The position numbers were made by a program, and so were the translations under genes. From Oculina patagonica (taxonomy: Eukaryota): a stretch of DNA of 64,000 nt. Shown here in pieces: positions 35,199 through 47,100 of this stretch; position 1 is the stretch's first letter; every line of letters begins with the position of its first letter. The stretch lies in assembly GCF_052425735.1 (NCBI RefSeq), contig NC_135766.1, positions 10,478,001 to 10,542,000 of the forward strand, in the 5' to 3' direction. A model generated the notes under the pieces. The model saw nothing but the letters and a program-made list of their open reading frames with translations, did no database searches and was not told the origin of the DNA.

Positions 35199-36995
35199 TT
35201 TATTTCATAGGTACTGAGATTTATCCACGAAAATCACGGTGAATAAAATTCGTACTGATTTTAAACGAAGCCAATCAGGAGCACGAACGACAAAATTTCA
35301 CTGTGAAAAAATATCGTTCGTCCAATCAGCAACGCGAACGACGAAATTTCACTGGTGATGAATGAACGTACTGAAGGAAACGTCATCCGACAGCCGTTGC
35401 ACACAAAAAAACGCGCGCTTTGAAAAATGGCCGAGGGAAGGTTTGCTTCTGTTTGCACAGTTGAATAATTCATTTTAGATCAAGAAAACAAAAACACCGC
35501 TCAAAAAACTGAACGAGATGTAAGATTGCTTGAAAGATTTTTAAAAACGAAGAACGAAGACAGAAAAATAGAAGATATTCCGGCCGCACCAAAGATGGCA
35601 ATGAATACGAACCGACTTCTCTTCGAAGTTTAGTGGCTAGCTTCGAAAGACACCTGAAGAAAAAGAGCTATTCTGTAAGCATAATCAACGACTTGGTGTT
35701 TGAGAAAACCAGGAAACTTCTTCAGTTCAAACAAAAACAGCTAAAGAAGCAAGGTAAAGGAAATAAACCCAAAGCGTCGGTAGCTTTGACAAGCGAAGAG
35801 TTGAAAATATTGTACGAGAAGGGTTTGCTCGGTATGTGTAGTCCCGAGGCACTTTTAAACACGCTCTGGCTAAACAATACTCTTCACTTCGGACTCCGTG
35901 GGTGCCAAGAACATCGTGATATGTGCTGGGGAGATGTAAAGCTACAGAAAACGGCAAGCGGAGTCGAGTACTTGGAGTTCAATGAAAGACAAACAAAAAC
36001 TAGAACGGGATCAGACTGCAGCGATGTCAGAACCGTACCGCCGAAAATGTTTGCGACCGACGGAACTGAAAGAGATCCTGTCGCGGTCTACAAATGTTTT
36101 GCCAGGAAGAGACCTGAGGAAATGAATCAAGATGATGCTCCCTTTTATTTGGCTGTAAACAACGGTTTGAAGACGGACTCGCTCGCAACAAAAGGCTGGT
36201 TCAAGTCCGGTGCTGTTGGCAAAAACAAACTCAATGGTTTAATGAAGACCATGGTTCAGAAATCACAGCGGCAGAAAGACAATGATCCAGACGCTAAGTG
36301 AACACGACATTCCACCTACGCAAATTGCACAACTATCTGGCCATAAGAATTTGAAGAGCATAGAAAATTACAGCACTGTTTCAACGAAGCAACAGATGCA
36401 CATGTCAAAAGTGCTAAGCAGTGTGATGGCTGGTACCACAGCTTCGTCCTCTTCTGAAACAGCTTGTACGCCGTCCTCCGACTCTCAGAATGGTGGAAAG
36501 CAGCAGTCCATGGCACTATTCAGTGGCGCAGTTATTCAAGGTGGCAATTTCTCCATCAACATTAACACTTTAAATCGGTCTCCGACGCTTTCTACAAATC
36601 CGTCAAGCCCCGAAGCGGTGCGATGGAAACGTCTAAGGCCTTTGGAACTGGATAGTGACTCTGATGATGAATAAATTGTGACTTATCTTCTTGACTTAAC
36701 TTTGTTATTGGCATGGCTTCCTTTATTAATAGACATTACTGAAAAATTTTGAGTGATGCAGATGTTTGATTTACTCAGTTGTTGAGCACTTGAATGGTTT
36801 TACAGTGTAATTTATTTGTGCAAATAAATTTGTCTACTCAGTACTACACGGAAAAGAAAATCTCAGTACCTATGAAATAAACACATTACAGCATGGAAAA
36901 TGCTTTGTACGATTTTTATTCACTCGTTGATACGTACACTGCTCAACTCGTGAATAAAAATCGTACGCGCGCATTTTCCATGAAGTAATCTCTAT
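35199..36995 (+). mobile_element. Crypton (tyrosine recombinase, DUF3504-type) DNA transposon, inactivated
   Basis: Broken ORF 35427-36674 (early TAA, two deletions/frameshifts): ENKNT..T, KDGNEYEPTSL, catalytic HFGLRG, NHSGRKT, SGHKN..SIENY. Perfect 24-bp inverted repeats at 35199-35222 and 36858-36881; 3' palindrome at about 36885-36989. Confidence 0.85.
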
Positions 36996-37450
36996 ATCTT
37001 CACATGTGAAAGATATCATATCTTTCACATGTGAAGATATCGATTTCGAAACATTTCCTGACAAGTTTGCCCTGTTTCAATGATGAATGAGCCAAAGTAA
37101 ATCGATATTAAGTCGAAACATCTTCGGATCTTCCTCGGCAATCTTCGGAAATTTTCGGAAAAGTTCGGAAAATGTTCGGAAACATTCGTACGACCTTCGG
37201 ACAACATTTTGCAAATCTTCGGAAATCTTCGGAAAATGGTCGGCAATCTTCGGAAAATCGTCAAAAACATTGTAATTAGTATGTTTATATAATAAACAGA
37301 ATATTACATGGTTGCTTGGAGATATGAAATTTATCTTCTCGTGTTCAAATCGATATCCCACTCGTTCGCTGCGCTCACTCGTGAGATATCGATTTGAATA
37401 CTCGATGATAAATTTCATATCTCCGCGCAACCATGTAATATCCTCTATAT
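36996..37450. mobile_element. Non-autonomous palindrome-ended element (probably Crypton-related)
   Basis: Internal TCTTCGGAAA repeats; ~150-bp terminal palindrome at about 37300-37450 centred on CACTCGTTCGCTGCGCTCACTCGTG. It ends in CTCTATAT, like the adjacent Crypton. Confidence 0.55.
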
Positions 37451-38589
37451 AAACCATAGAAATGGCACCATAAATTGTCCAGAACTTTTCAGTCAAATCA
37501 CTTGCCAACGGCTCAATATTCTATCTGAGTTTTGAAAATGTTGTGGGTCATTTCTATGTCGTACAAGAGTGTAAAACATGGAGATGCGGTCAATGACTAA
37601 TTGGTGCGGGTCAACTAAAACAAAAAAAGTTCGACGAGCTTCTTCAAAGTCACATCATGACAGAGGTCATAACAGTGTGAAAAAGGGTCTTGGAGAAGCA
37701 ATGCTGTTGTAGTAGTTGTAGTAGGTCTCTAAGATGACACAAAGATAGAATCTCCAGACGAGGAAAAAGCTCTCGCATCCTCTGGAACTATTGCCCTTAT
37801 GCTTTGTCTACCCCTTTTGATTTCTTTCGCAAGCTTTGGCAGATTTGGCAACTTCGCCACAGAAAAAAAAAATGTGCAACTGGCAGCTCTACGTCAGTAT
37901 TTGACGGAGTTTGCTCGTCATGCTCGGTTCCGAAAGTGACTGATGGATAAGCTCTCTTTAATGTTGCTAATGCAGTTTTGAATGCTGAGGGAAGGTGAAC
38001 AGTCCAAGATAATATGTAATTTGACAAATATCAAGAATTGTCAGCACGGGGAGTCAGAGAGATCTTTGCAAGAAGAGGAAAACGGCTTCAGCTGCGCAGC
38101 ATCAGAATTATTCGGAGTTTCCTAACAAAAAGCAACAATAAAGCAAGTCTCGTATGTTTTATTGCCGTGAAGATACAGTCAGAAGCTAGACTACAAAGAG
38201 CCAGTAAAGATAGGTGTGTTTATGATATGCTTTCACACAGGCTAATTAGAGCATGGCTCCTTTATAATCTGAAGACGCCGAGGTCCTTCGTTAAATGTGG
38301 AATCAGAAGCCACAGCAATCTTATGGCATCAACAGAGTTGTTGACGCTTTTAGTCGGGACGCCTGTAAGGCTGTTGTTGGCCATATGGAATGAGCGTATA
38401 AACTGGATTTACCTTTGCCTAAAATGGAAAGGCGCAAATTTTAAAACTAGCAAATAATTGAAAAAAAAGTTGTAAAACCTTTACCAGGCTAGGTAGGGCG
38501 TGGAAACTCTTATTAAAAGATTAACGGCTTTGACCGCCAAATTTATGCTGCAAAAAGAACCACAGCCGTCAGTGACCTTAAATTTCAGC

Positions 38590-39181
38590 TATTCTTGGTT
38601 TTCACGTGACGCAGTCTAAAATCCAGAATCGCGAGAGCCCTGACTTTTTATCCTTCACTGGCTGTTAGACGTCCTTAATATATATATTTTATTGAAGGTT
38701 TTCAGGTCGATAGCATTCGCCGTCTTTAAGATATAACATTTTGAATTTCGGAGTTTTGGGCCACACGACATCAAGATGGCCGCCTGAAGGCTGTCACGTA
38801 TGCTTAAAAAAAATGACAGTTGAGGTTTTACGAAAAGTGTTTATGTTTATGTTTACGTGTTCATGAAGGTGAACTGAACGCTTTTTATAGCAAAAGTGAA
38901 TGCCAGACGTTTTCATTGATTTCCGGCGACCATCTTGGTGCATCTTCACACGGCCTAAAACATGGCGTCTCCATACTGTGCTCTCTAAATTTGTGTGGAA
39001 CATTTAAACGGATATTAATTTGAGTACGGAATACCGTACAGACCTGGACTTGGACACGAAGAATATCTAGTAGTTTCCCACAACCTGTAATATTCTTGAT
39101 TTTTTGACTCAATAGCTTTGGATTATTTTTTTTGCAGCGCGTGATAGTATGGTTACTTGCGTGACAGTGAAAACCAGCAAT
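38590..39181. mobile_element. Non-autonomous DNA transposon, inverted homolog of ~23968-24574
   Basis: Ends TATTCTTGGTTTTCAC / GTGAAAACCAGCAAT; extensive reverse-complement similarity to 23968-24574. Confidence 0.7.
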
Positions 39182-40866
39182 TCTGTACTAAAACGGGAGA
39201 GGCTGTAGTATGGATGCCCCTCAAACCTGTGCTCATTCAACCGAAATAGAAACTGATCTGTTCTTGATGCTTTTACTTGGCTAATTGAATTAGGTGTAAA
39301 GACGTGTGTAGACTGCCCAACTGTGAAGATCGACTAGTTTTTCTGGAACAATATTGTAAAGGCGGAAAGTTTTAATATAAAAGGTGTGATTAAAGGTCTT
39401 TCAACTTTCCTAAATTATCAGGAATATGGCTATTGTGACGGATAATTTACAAATTTAAGATAAACGGATGCAAAAGTTAAATGTTATCCCAAGAAAAAAT
39501 AACACCAAACAGTCAAATTCCACCTCAGTATTCATAAAAAATCCTAACCTTTTATGATCACGTGACAGATCAAGTGACTTTTAAAATAAGCAAATATACT
39601 TAAATTGAGTCTCTAGAATACGATATAAGATATTATAAAGCTTTTTGAACTTTTTTGTTATTTTAACCGGGTTCTTTTTCAACAGTTCAGCCTAAGCCTC
39701 GTTTCCATGCTAAAACAAAACTTTTAAAGGCTCCCAAGTCCACAAACTACCACTGATCAATTGCTATCAGGCATTTTCTGACTATTTGCCACTCCATCTT
39801 CCTAAAAATCACCATTTGGGTTATTCCCTCCATATGATACCGACCAACCTACTGGCTCATGGACTAATAATGTCAAAAAAGCCGCCATCTTGGATCCGCC
39901 ATCTTGGGTTTCAAAATTTTTCCAAAACGTCAGAAAACCGCCCGAAATTACTGCAAAGTAATCAAAATCAATAAAACTGTGCTTGAAAACCGTAAAATGG
40001 TGAAAATAAATGCATTAAAGATATTTCTTATTAATAGAAACACGAAACACGAAAATTACCGCTGCCATGGTGACGTCAAGTTCCTGACAAAACGACCTAT
40101 CCCACCAAATTATTGCCAGATAAATTTTAGATAAACTTGCAATGTTTGGCAGCATTTGGTTGAATCTTGAAAAAGTTATAAGCGTCCAAAGTCAGCGCGG
40201 GCACTTTCCGCCCACCCCCCCCCCCCCCGGTCGGGAAAGGGTTAAAATTTCTGAATTACTTTATCCAATAAAAAATTAGCGCAAACGCTCACGGGTTCTC
40301 CGAAAGCAAACACGCGTAGAAATACGTCAAGTTGCTTAGCAACTTCTGGGATGAAAACCGCGTGCTCAGTCACCTCTCGGAGAAGCGATGTCAGTCATCG
40401 ACTGTCACTTCTTCCCCCCCCCCCCCCCCGACTGTATTAAGAATTAACGTCTAGTATGTACCATCACCCTTTTAAAAAGGGTCATACATGTGTATGGTGG
40501 AGCTGATGCCGAAGGTGACATTGTCTGATCATATCTTGGTGGCATTGCAACGCTCTTGGCGTGCATAGGAAGACCAGGCTGGAGGCCGTACGGCGGATAT
40601 GCCGGAATTCGCTCTCAGTTATTAAGGTAGTCACGGTCAGCTTTTCAACTACCGTTTTAATTCCATTAAGAAGCTAAATCCTGGACGCTTATTGCTTTTT
40701 TGGACCTTGAGAGTAGGCGCTTATTCGAGCCTGGGCGCTTATTAAATCTTCACCATTTTTAGCAAGTAGCTAGTACGTTTATTTTGCAAGAACGCAATAT
40801 ATAACAACAAAACGTGAAGTTGTACCAAATCCCGAATTTTAACTGTTCATTGAAAGTTTCTGCAAG

Positions 40867-43320
40867 CTAAGAACAGCTTATTGACCTCGTGTTGGATTAT
40901 TCTGCCTTACTTGGCCGGCGAGTTCCTTACGGAATTCACGTTATCTAAGAACAGCTTATTGACATCGTGCTGGACTATTCAGTCTTACTTAGCTGGAGGG
41001 TTCCTTACGGAAATCACATTATCTAAGAACAGTTTATAGACCTCGTGCTGGATTGTTCTGTTTTACTTGGCTGGTGACTTCTTTAAGGAACTCGCATTAT
41101 CTAAGAAGAGCTTATTGACCTCGTGTTGGATTATTCTGTCTTACTTGACTGGTGAGTTCCTTGTGGAACTCACGTTATCTAAGAACAGCTTATTGACATC
41201 GTGCTGGATTATTCTGTCTTACTTAGCTGGTGAGTTCCTTGTGGAACTCACGTTATCTAAGAACTGCTTATTGACCTCGTGCTGGATTATTCTGTCTTTT
41301 TTTTAGAGGGGGGGGGGGGAGTTCCTTATGGAACTCACGTTATCTTAGAACAGCTTATTGTCCTCGTGCTTGATTAGTCTGTCTTACTTGCCTGGTGACT
41401 TCCTTATGAAACTTACGTTTTCTATGAACAGCTTATTGACCTCGTGCTAGATTATTCTCTTACTTGGCTTGTGAGTTCCTTATGGAACTCACGTTATCCG
41501 AGGGCAGCAATTGACTTCTTGTTGGATTATTGAGTCTTACTTGGCTGGCAAGTTCCTTATGGAACTCTCGTTATCTTAGAACACCTTATTGTTCTGGTGC
41601 TGGATTATTCTGTCTTACTTAGCTGGTGAGTTCCTTACGGAACTCACGTTATCTTAGAATAGCTCATTGACATCGTGCTGAATTATTCAGTCTTACTTAG
41701 CTCGAGGGTTCCTTATGGAACGCACGTTATCTAAGAACATTTCATTGACGTCGTTCTGGATTATTTTGTCTTACTTGACTGGTGAGTTCCTTATGGAACT
41801 CGCATATCTAAGAACAGCTTATTGACATCGTGCTGGATTATTCTGTCTTACTTGGCTGATAAGTTCCTTATGGAACTCACGTTATCTAAGAACGGCGTAT
41901 TGACATCGTGCTGGATTATTCAGTATTACTTGGCTGGTGAGTTCCTTATGGAACTCACGTTATCTAAGAACTGCTTATTGACCTCGTGCTGGATTATTCT
42001 GTCTTACTTGGCAGGTGGGTTCCTTGTGGAACTTATGGATTATTCTGTCTTACTTGGCTGTTGAGTTCCTTATTGAACTCACGTTATCTAAGAANNNNNN
42101 NNNNNNNNNNNNNNNNNNNNNNNNNNNNNNNNNNNNNNNNNNNNNNNNNNNNNNNNNNNNNNNNNNNNNNNNNNNNNNNNNNNNNNNNNNNNNNNNNNNN
42201 NNNNNNNNNNNNNNNNNNNNNNNNNNNAGGGTAGCACTAAAATAGCATAAAAAAACACTAACAAACCAGTGGCCCTCAATAATTATTTACATTAAAATAT
42301 AAAAATACACAGAACAATACGAATATTAAAACTATGGATAAACTATGAAATATTACGAATAAAAATACAAGAAATACCAGATAAAATATTAAAAGGTAAA
42401 AAGAGTAAAAGTGTAACTAAATTACAGAATAAAATGATTTAAAAACTGCTGTTCTTTAAAAATTCTCTTCCAAAGAGAGTTCCTAAAAGCTTTAATCGTT
42501 GATAATTTTCGCATAGATAGGGGTAGGCTGTTCCATTTTTTACAAGCAGTCACGGTAAAAGTTCTGCCACCTTCAGTTAATCGTTTGATAACTGGATGAA
42601 CAATATTAAAGTTGGCATATCTTGTATTTCGTGAATGAGTCTCGCTAGTAAGCTTAAGTAAGCTTTTCAGATAGGTGGGTACATGCCCCTGTAAACGCTT
42701 GTATATAATACAGCACTTAGTTAGTTTAGCCTGTTCGGTAAATGGTATCCAGTTAAGTTTATTGAACAGTTTGACAGAGTTCGCTTGGCGATCGGCATCT
42801 AGAATTACTCTTGCAGCCCTCTTCTGCAGTTTTAGAACACGTGTGAAGGTATGTTTATCACAGCTGGTCCAAACCACGCTCACGTAATCAATAATCGGTC
42901 TAATCATGGTGTTATAGTAAAGTAGTCTATGTCTTAGAGGTAAGCAGCATTTGATCCTCTTTAAAATTCCTATCCGCTGCGACAGTTTTATACATATTTT
43001 GTCCACATGAGGGATAAATGTTATAATTAGTTCATGGTCGATCTCTAGACCCAAAACGTGAGTTCCTTGTGGAACTCACGTTATCTTAGAACAGCTTATT
43101 TTCCTCGTGCTGGATTATTCTGTCTTACTTGGCTGGTGAGTTCCTTATGGAACTCACGTTACCTAAGAACAGCTTATTGACCTCGTGCTGGATTATTCTG
43201 TCTTACTTGGCTGGCGAGTTCCTCATGGAACTCACGTTATCTGAGGGCAGCAGCTTGCTGAATTATTCTGTCCTGGCGAGTTCCCTTATGGATATCATAT
43301 TATCTTAGAACAGCTTATTG
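40867..43320. repeat. 78-bp tandem satellite (about 15-16 units before the gap, about 3 after the LINE)
   Basis: Consensus CTAAGAACAGCTTATTGACCTCGTGCTGGATTATTCTGTCTTACTTGGCTGGTGAGTTCCTTATGGAACTCACGTTAT, with period 78 (40867 to 40945). Interrupted by an N-gap and a LINE. Confidence 0.92.
42228..43057 (-). mobile_element. CR1/L2-group LINE 3' fragment inserted in the satellite
   Basis: ORF 42422-43054: HVDKICIKLSQRIGILKR..IRPIIDYVSVVW..KLQKRAARVIL..LNW..WNSLP, a typical RT C-terminal region, followed by an AT-rich 3' UTR. Confidence 0.85.
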
Positions 43321-44157
43321 GAATATATGTGATAAACCTGCATGAAAAAATTCGGGTTTGAATCCCGCTCATAGCCTGAAAATTTTTTCCAGGGTTTTTA
43401 AGTAGTATGGCCGCACTTTCATTTATCACATACATCTCTTAGTTGTACGTAGTCAATTTCAAGCCCAATTTTAATTCATTAAAAATCAATACTCCCCTTG
43501 TGCACTTCAGTTTTTAGGGGGTTTGGGTTGGGGGTGGGCTCTTTATTGGAGGCTGGGCATACATTTTCAATATTTTTCCCGCGAATTGACGCGGTTCGCG
43601 GGAAAAATTATAGACAAATGTATGAGAAAATTATAAACGTAACTGAACGCTTTTTAGCCCAGCTACATCCTTCAAACTCGGCGAATAAAAACTTTTGCCT
43701 AGTATCTTAACTTTACAATTTATTAGTTGTCCAGAATTCGATTTTTGTAAAAGATATTTACCGTCGGATTCTCATACAAACACTGTAATTTCTACCCGCT
43801 TTGCCTACTCGTCAAGATGGCGTCGAAAACTGTGATAAGGTCTATTAGCTTTTTTATTTGTTTTGCAGTGGTCAGTAACACAAAATCAACTATTCGTGTG
43901 CTCTGCCTTGTCAATCACTAACACTGCCTTTTGTTGCTTCAATTCAGTGTGACTGTCTCGGGACACTACTTGACGTCAAATATTGACATTGTGTTAGATT
44001 AGGGAATTACGGGTCGCCCACTACCTTTCGGAACGAGTTAATTTATTGGCTCTTAAAACAATAGATAACAGTTGACAACAATGCCCCTAGCCCTGAATAA
44101 CAATAGAGACTGGGAATTACTCATGCAGCACATACAGATTTGCATTTTGCATCAAAG

Positions 44158-47100
44158 ATGGCGTTGTCATTGTCGGAGTATTTTACCTTTGGAAATATTT
44201 TCCTTGCTATCGTTTTCTTGCTGATTCTCAATCAACTGATTGAGTTGTATCAGTTTAGGAACATGCCGCCGGGACCTCGTCTGACATGTTTGCCATTTAT
44301 TGGAAATTTGCTGAGCTTTGATTCTGGAGAAACCCTTCGCGAATCCACAGCAAGGTTTGTTTACATTGTACTGTTGTGATTAGAACCCGCGATAAAGCAC
44401 AGCGCGTTAACCACTTTTCTAGGCAGTCTAGTTTTTATCTTGCTTATTCCTCAAACTAAAAATACTTTAAATAAAAATCTTTTCCTTCCACTCCCCTACA
44501 ATGCATTTCGATTACTTTGGAAATTGATTTGTCTCGCAAAAATCAACACAAGCATCCTTGCATAAATTAGACGTGCTTGATCTTCACAATATTCGCTTGG
44601 GTCGTCACGCAACGTGTAAAATGCCGAAAAGGGGGTTCGTTCCACTGTATGTTTGATAAGAATACCTAAGGTCTCCGCATACGTGGGGACAAGACGCAGG
44701 GACATGTCGCAGCGACATGAAGCATAATCTTTTAGGTAAAATAAGTTTATTTTATTTTATTTTTTTACAAAATTCTTTTAATGACCGCATCGTGTGCAGA
44801 CCTTAAATTTAAAACCCCAAGGGTCGCGCCACTGCCTTTGTCGGGGGCACACGTTCCCCGTTTTCCCCGCTTGCTGGTTTTCAGGGCTTTTCGTGGCCGG
44901 CTAGCTCTGGTGCACTTAGATTTCTGATGTAATTCATAGTTTGTAACTTCTTGCATTATCTGTTGAGATTGAAAAAACGGGACGGTGGCTGAGCTGGCCA
45001 ACGCACCCAGTTTATAACTGAGATGTGTGTCTGGATGCGTAGTGAGGGCAAAACTGCTTTCCAGTTCTCCACCGGCAAGGCGCTCTATATTTTCATTCAG
45101 CTCAGTTTAGATTTTGCGAGAAAATGTTTAATCATGAATGACGAATTGAACCAAATTATTCTCTCGAATTCCACACTGATACTAGAGGTCGTAGACTTTA
45201 TGCAGACGTCGAAGAATTCGCCAAGCAGCGACCGAAAACCCAGAAACGGTTGAGTAAACAGCTTTGGATTGCAAACTTTTTCACGTTCAAGCAAAACGAA
45301 TATTCTGAAACAAGAATTATCAATGTCTTACCACTGCCAGGACAACTAGTTTATGTCAAATTCTCTTGGCTTTTCCAAAAGCAGATGGAGGAATCTAAAC
45401 CGGATACGGTAACATTGAAAGCTTTACACGTCTCGCAATTAGTTTATATTCATTTAAAGTTGTACCTTTTTTGCAAGTTGTATTGATTCGTCTTAGTAAG
45501 CTTTATTAACTATTATATGCGTATGTAAGAGGCATGGGATGAAATAGTAATGCAATGTTTTCTCGTGGCATACCGTGAATATCTCACTAGTGACTTGATT
45601 TTTCTCTATATACACACACCTAAATTCTCGTGTGTATACTAAAAAATCAAGTCACTCGTGGGATATTTCAAGGTATGCCACACGAAACCATTGCTTAACT
45701 TGTATTTATTTATGACGTATAACAATTTTGGACAGCACCTCATGTTCTTTATTTCATTGTTTTTATTTTCTTACAAAGCTTGAGAAAGAAGTATGGTACG
45801 TTATATACATTGAAAGTTGGCAGCTTTAAACTTGTTGTCGCGGATGACGCTGAATCTGTGAAGGAAGTCCTTGTGAAGAAATCTGCTGACTATGCTGGAA
45901 GACCTCCATTTTATTCCTTTTTGATGACTACACTTGGTATGTGTATATAACTAAAACTACACTACCTAAAGAGTGGACAGAACAAAAGTGAACTAAATTA
46001 TGGTCATCATTGTTCATTTTTCATCTGTCACATCTTGAGAATATTCGATTTGCCGGAATTGCTACAATATGCAGTGGTGGATCTAGGGGAGGGGCCCGGT
46101 GGGCCCGGGCCCCCACCTTATTTTCAGGCCAAACCAAGGCCTGTAGGGCTGAGAAACGTTATGTTCGAGAGCGGGCCCCTCTTATTCTTGGAGTCTGGAT
46201 GGTCGGGCCCCCCCACTTACCTGAAGGTCTGGATCCGCCACTGATATGTCTCGTGAAAGTAAAAAATGGTGTCGGACAAATGAAAATTATTTACCCTGAG
46301 TCAGTGAGGCATGCTATTAGATGCGGAGTCCAGAGACGTCAGGACTTATTAACACGAAGAGTAACAGTTAGTTTAGCCTTTTGATTTGTCATGTATAAAT
46401 TGTTTTTCCACTTATGTTTTATGCAGTTTTAGCTAGTCAATGTCGAAATTAGGAGACAAAAAATCTAAAACGAACATCTCACTGAAATGTTACAAAGCTT
46501 TGAAAAATAAAAAAATCATGTGCTTTGAGCTACCGGATGCTGAACGATCCAGTGGAGGATCCAGTACAGAATTAGGCTCTGCCTTATGTTGTATAAATTT
46601 TTTATAATTACTTTTACATTCTTGTGTTTAAGGTGGGAAGGATATTGTAGCAGGAAACTCTGGTCCTACCTCGAAATTTCACCGAAAGCTGTTTGTCACA
46701 GCTATACGATAATATATACTATTAATATTTTATTTTCCGTTGCATTTCAGGCGGAAAGGATATCGCCCTTGGGAACTATGGTCCTGCGTGGAGATTTCAC
46801 CGTAAGCTGTTTATGACAGCTGTGCGACAGTACCTCTCTGATCAGGAAATGGTGGAAGAAAGGATCTCAGAACAGGCAACGAGGCTTGTCCAGTATTTTG
46901 AAGACCAGAATGGAAAGGGCTTTGACCCCGGAAAAGATTCTAATGGAAAGTGTTGCAAACGTGATTTGTCGAATCACATTTGGAAAGCACTTTGATTCGT
47001 CCCATCCAGATTTTGAGGAACTTTGGCGGTTGAATAATGAATCCTTCACGAACACTGAAGCAAGCGCTCAAACTTTTTTCTTAGATTTATTTCCAGTAGC

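Noticed and set aside
37025-37508. ORFs of 62-143 aa next to the Crypton
   Set aside because: They are low-complexity translations of a palindromic/tandem-repeat element.
41067-42064. 26-aa repeat protein ORFs in the satellite
   Set aside because: Several units carry stops or indels and there is no start or splice context; the ORFs are a by-product of the 78-bp period.
40867-43320. CRISPR-like array (palindromic repeat at regular spacing)
   Set aside because: The sequence between hairpins is itself repeated rather than unique spacers, there are no cas genes, and the context is eukaryotic.
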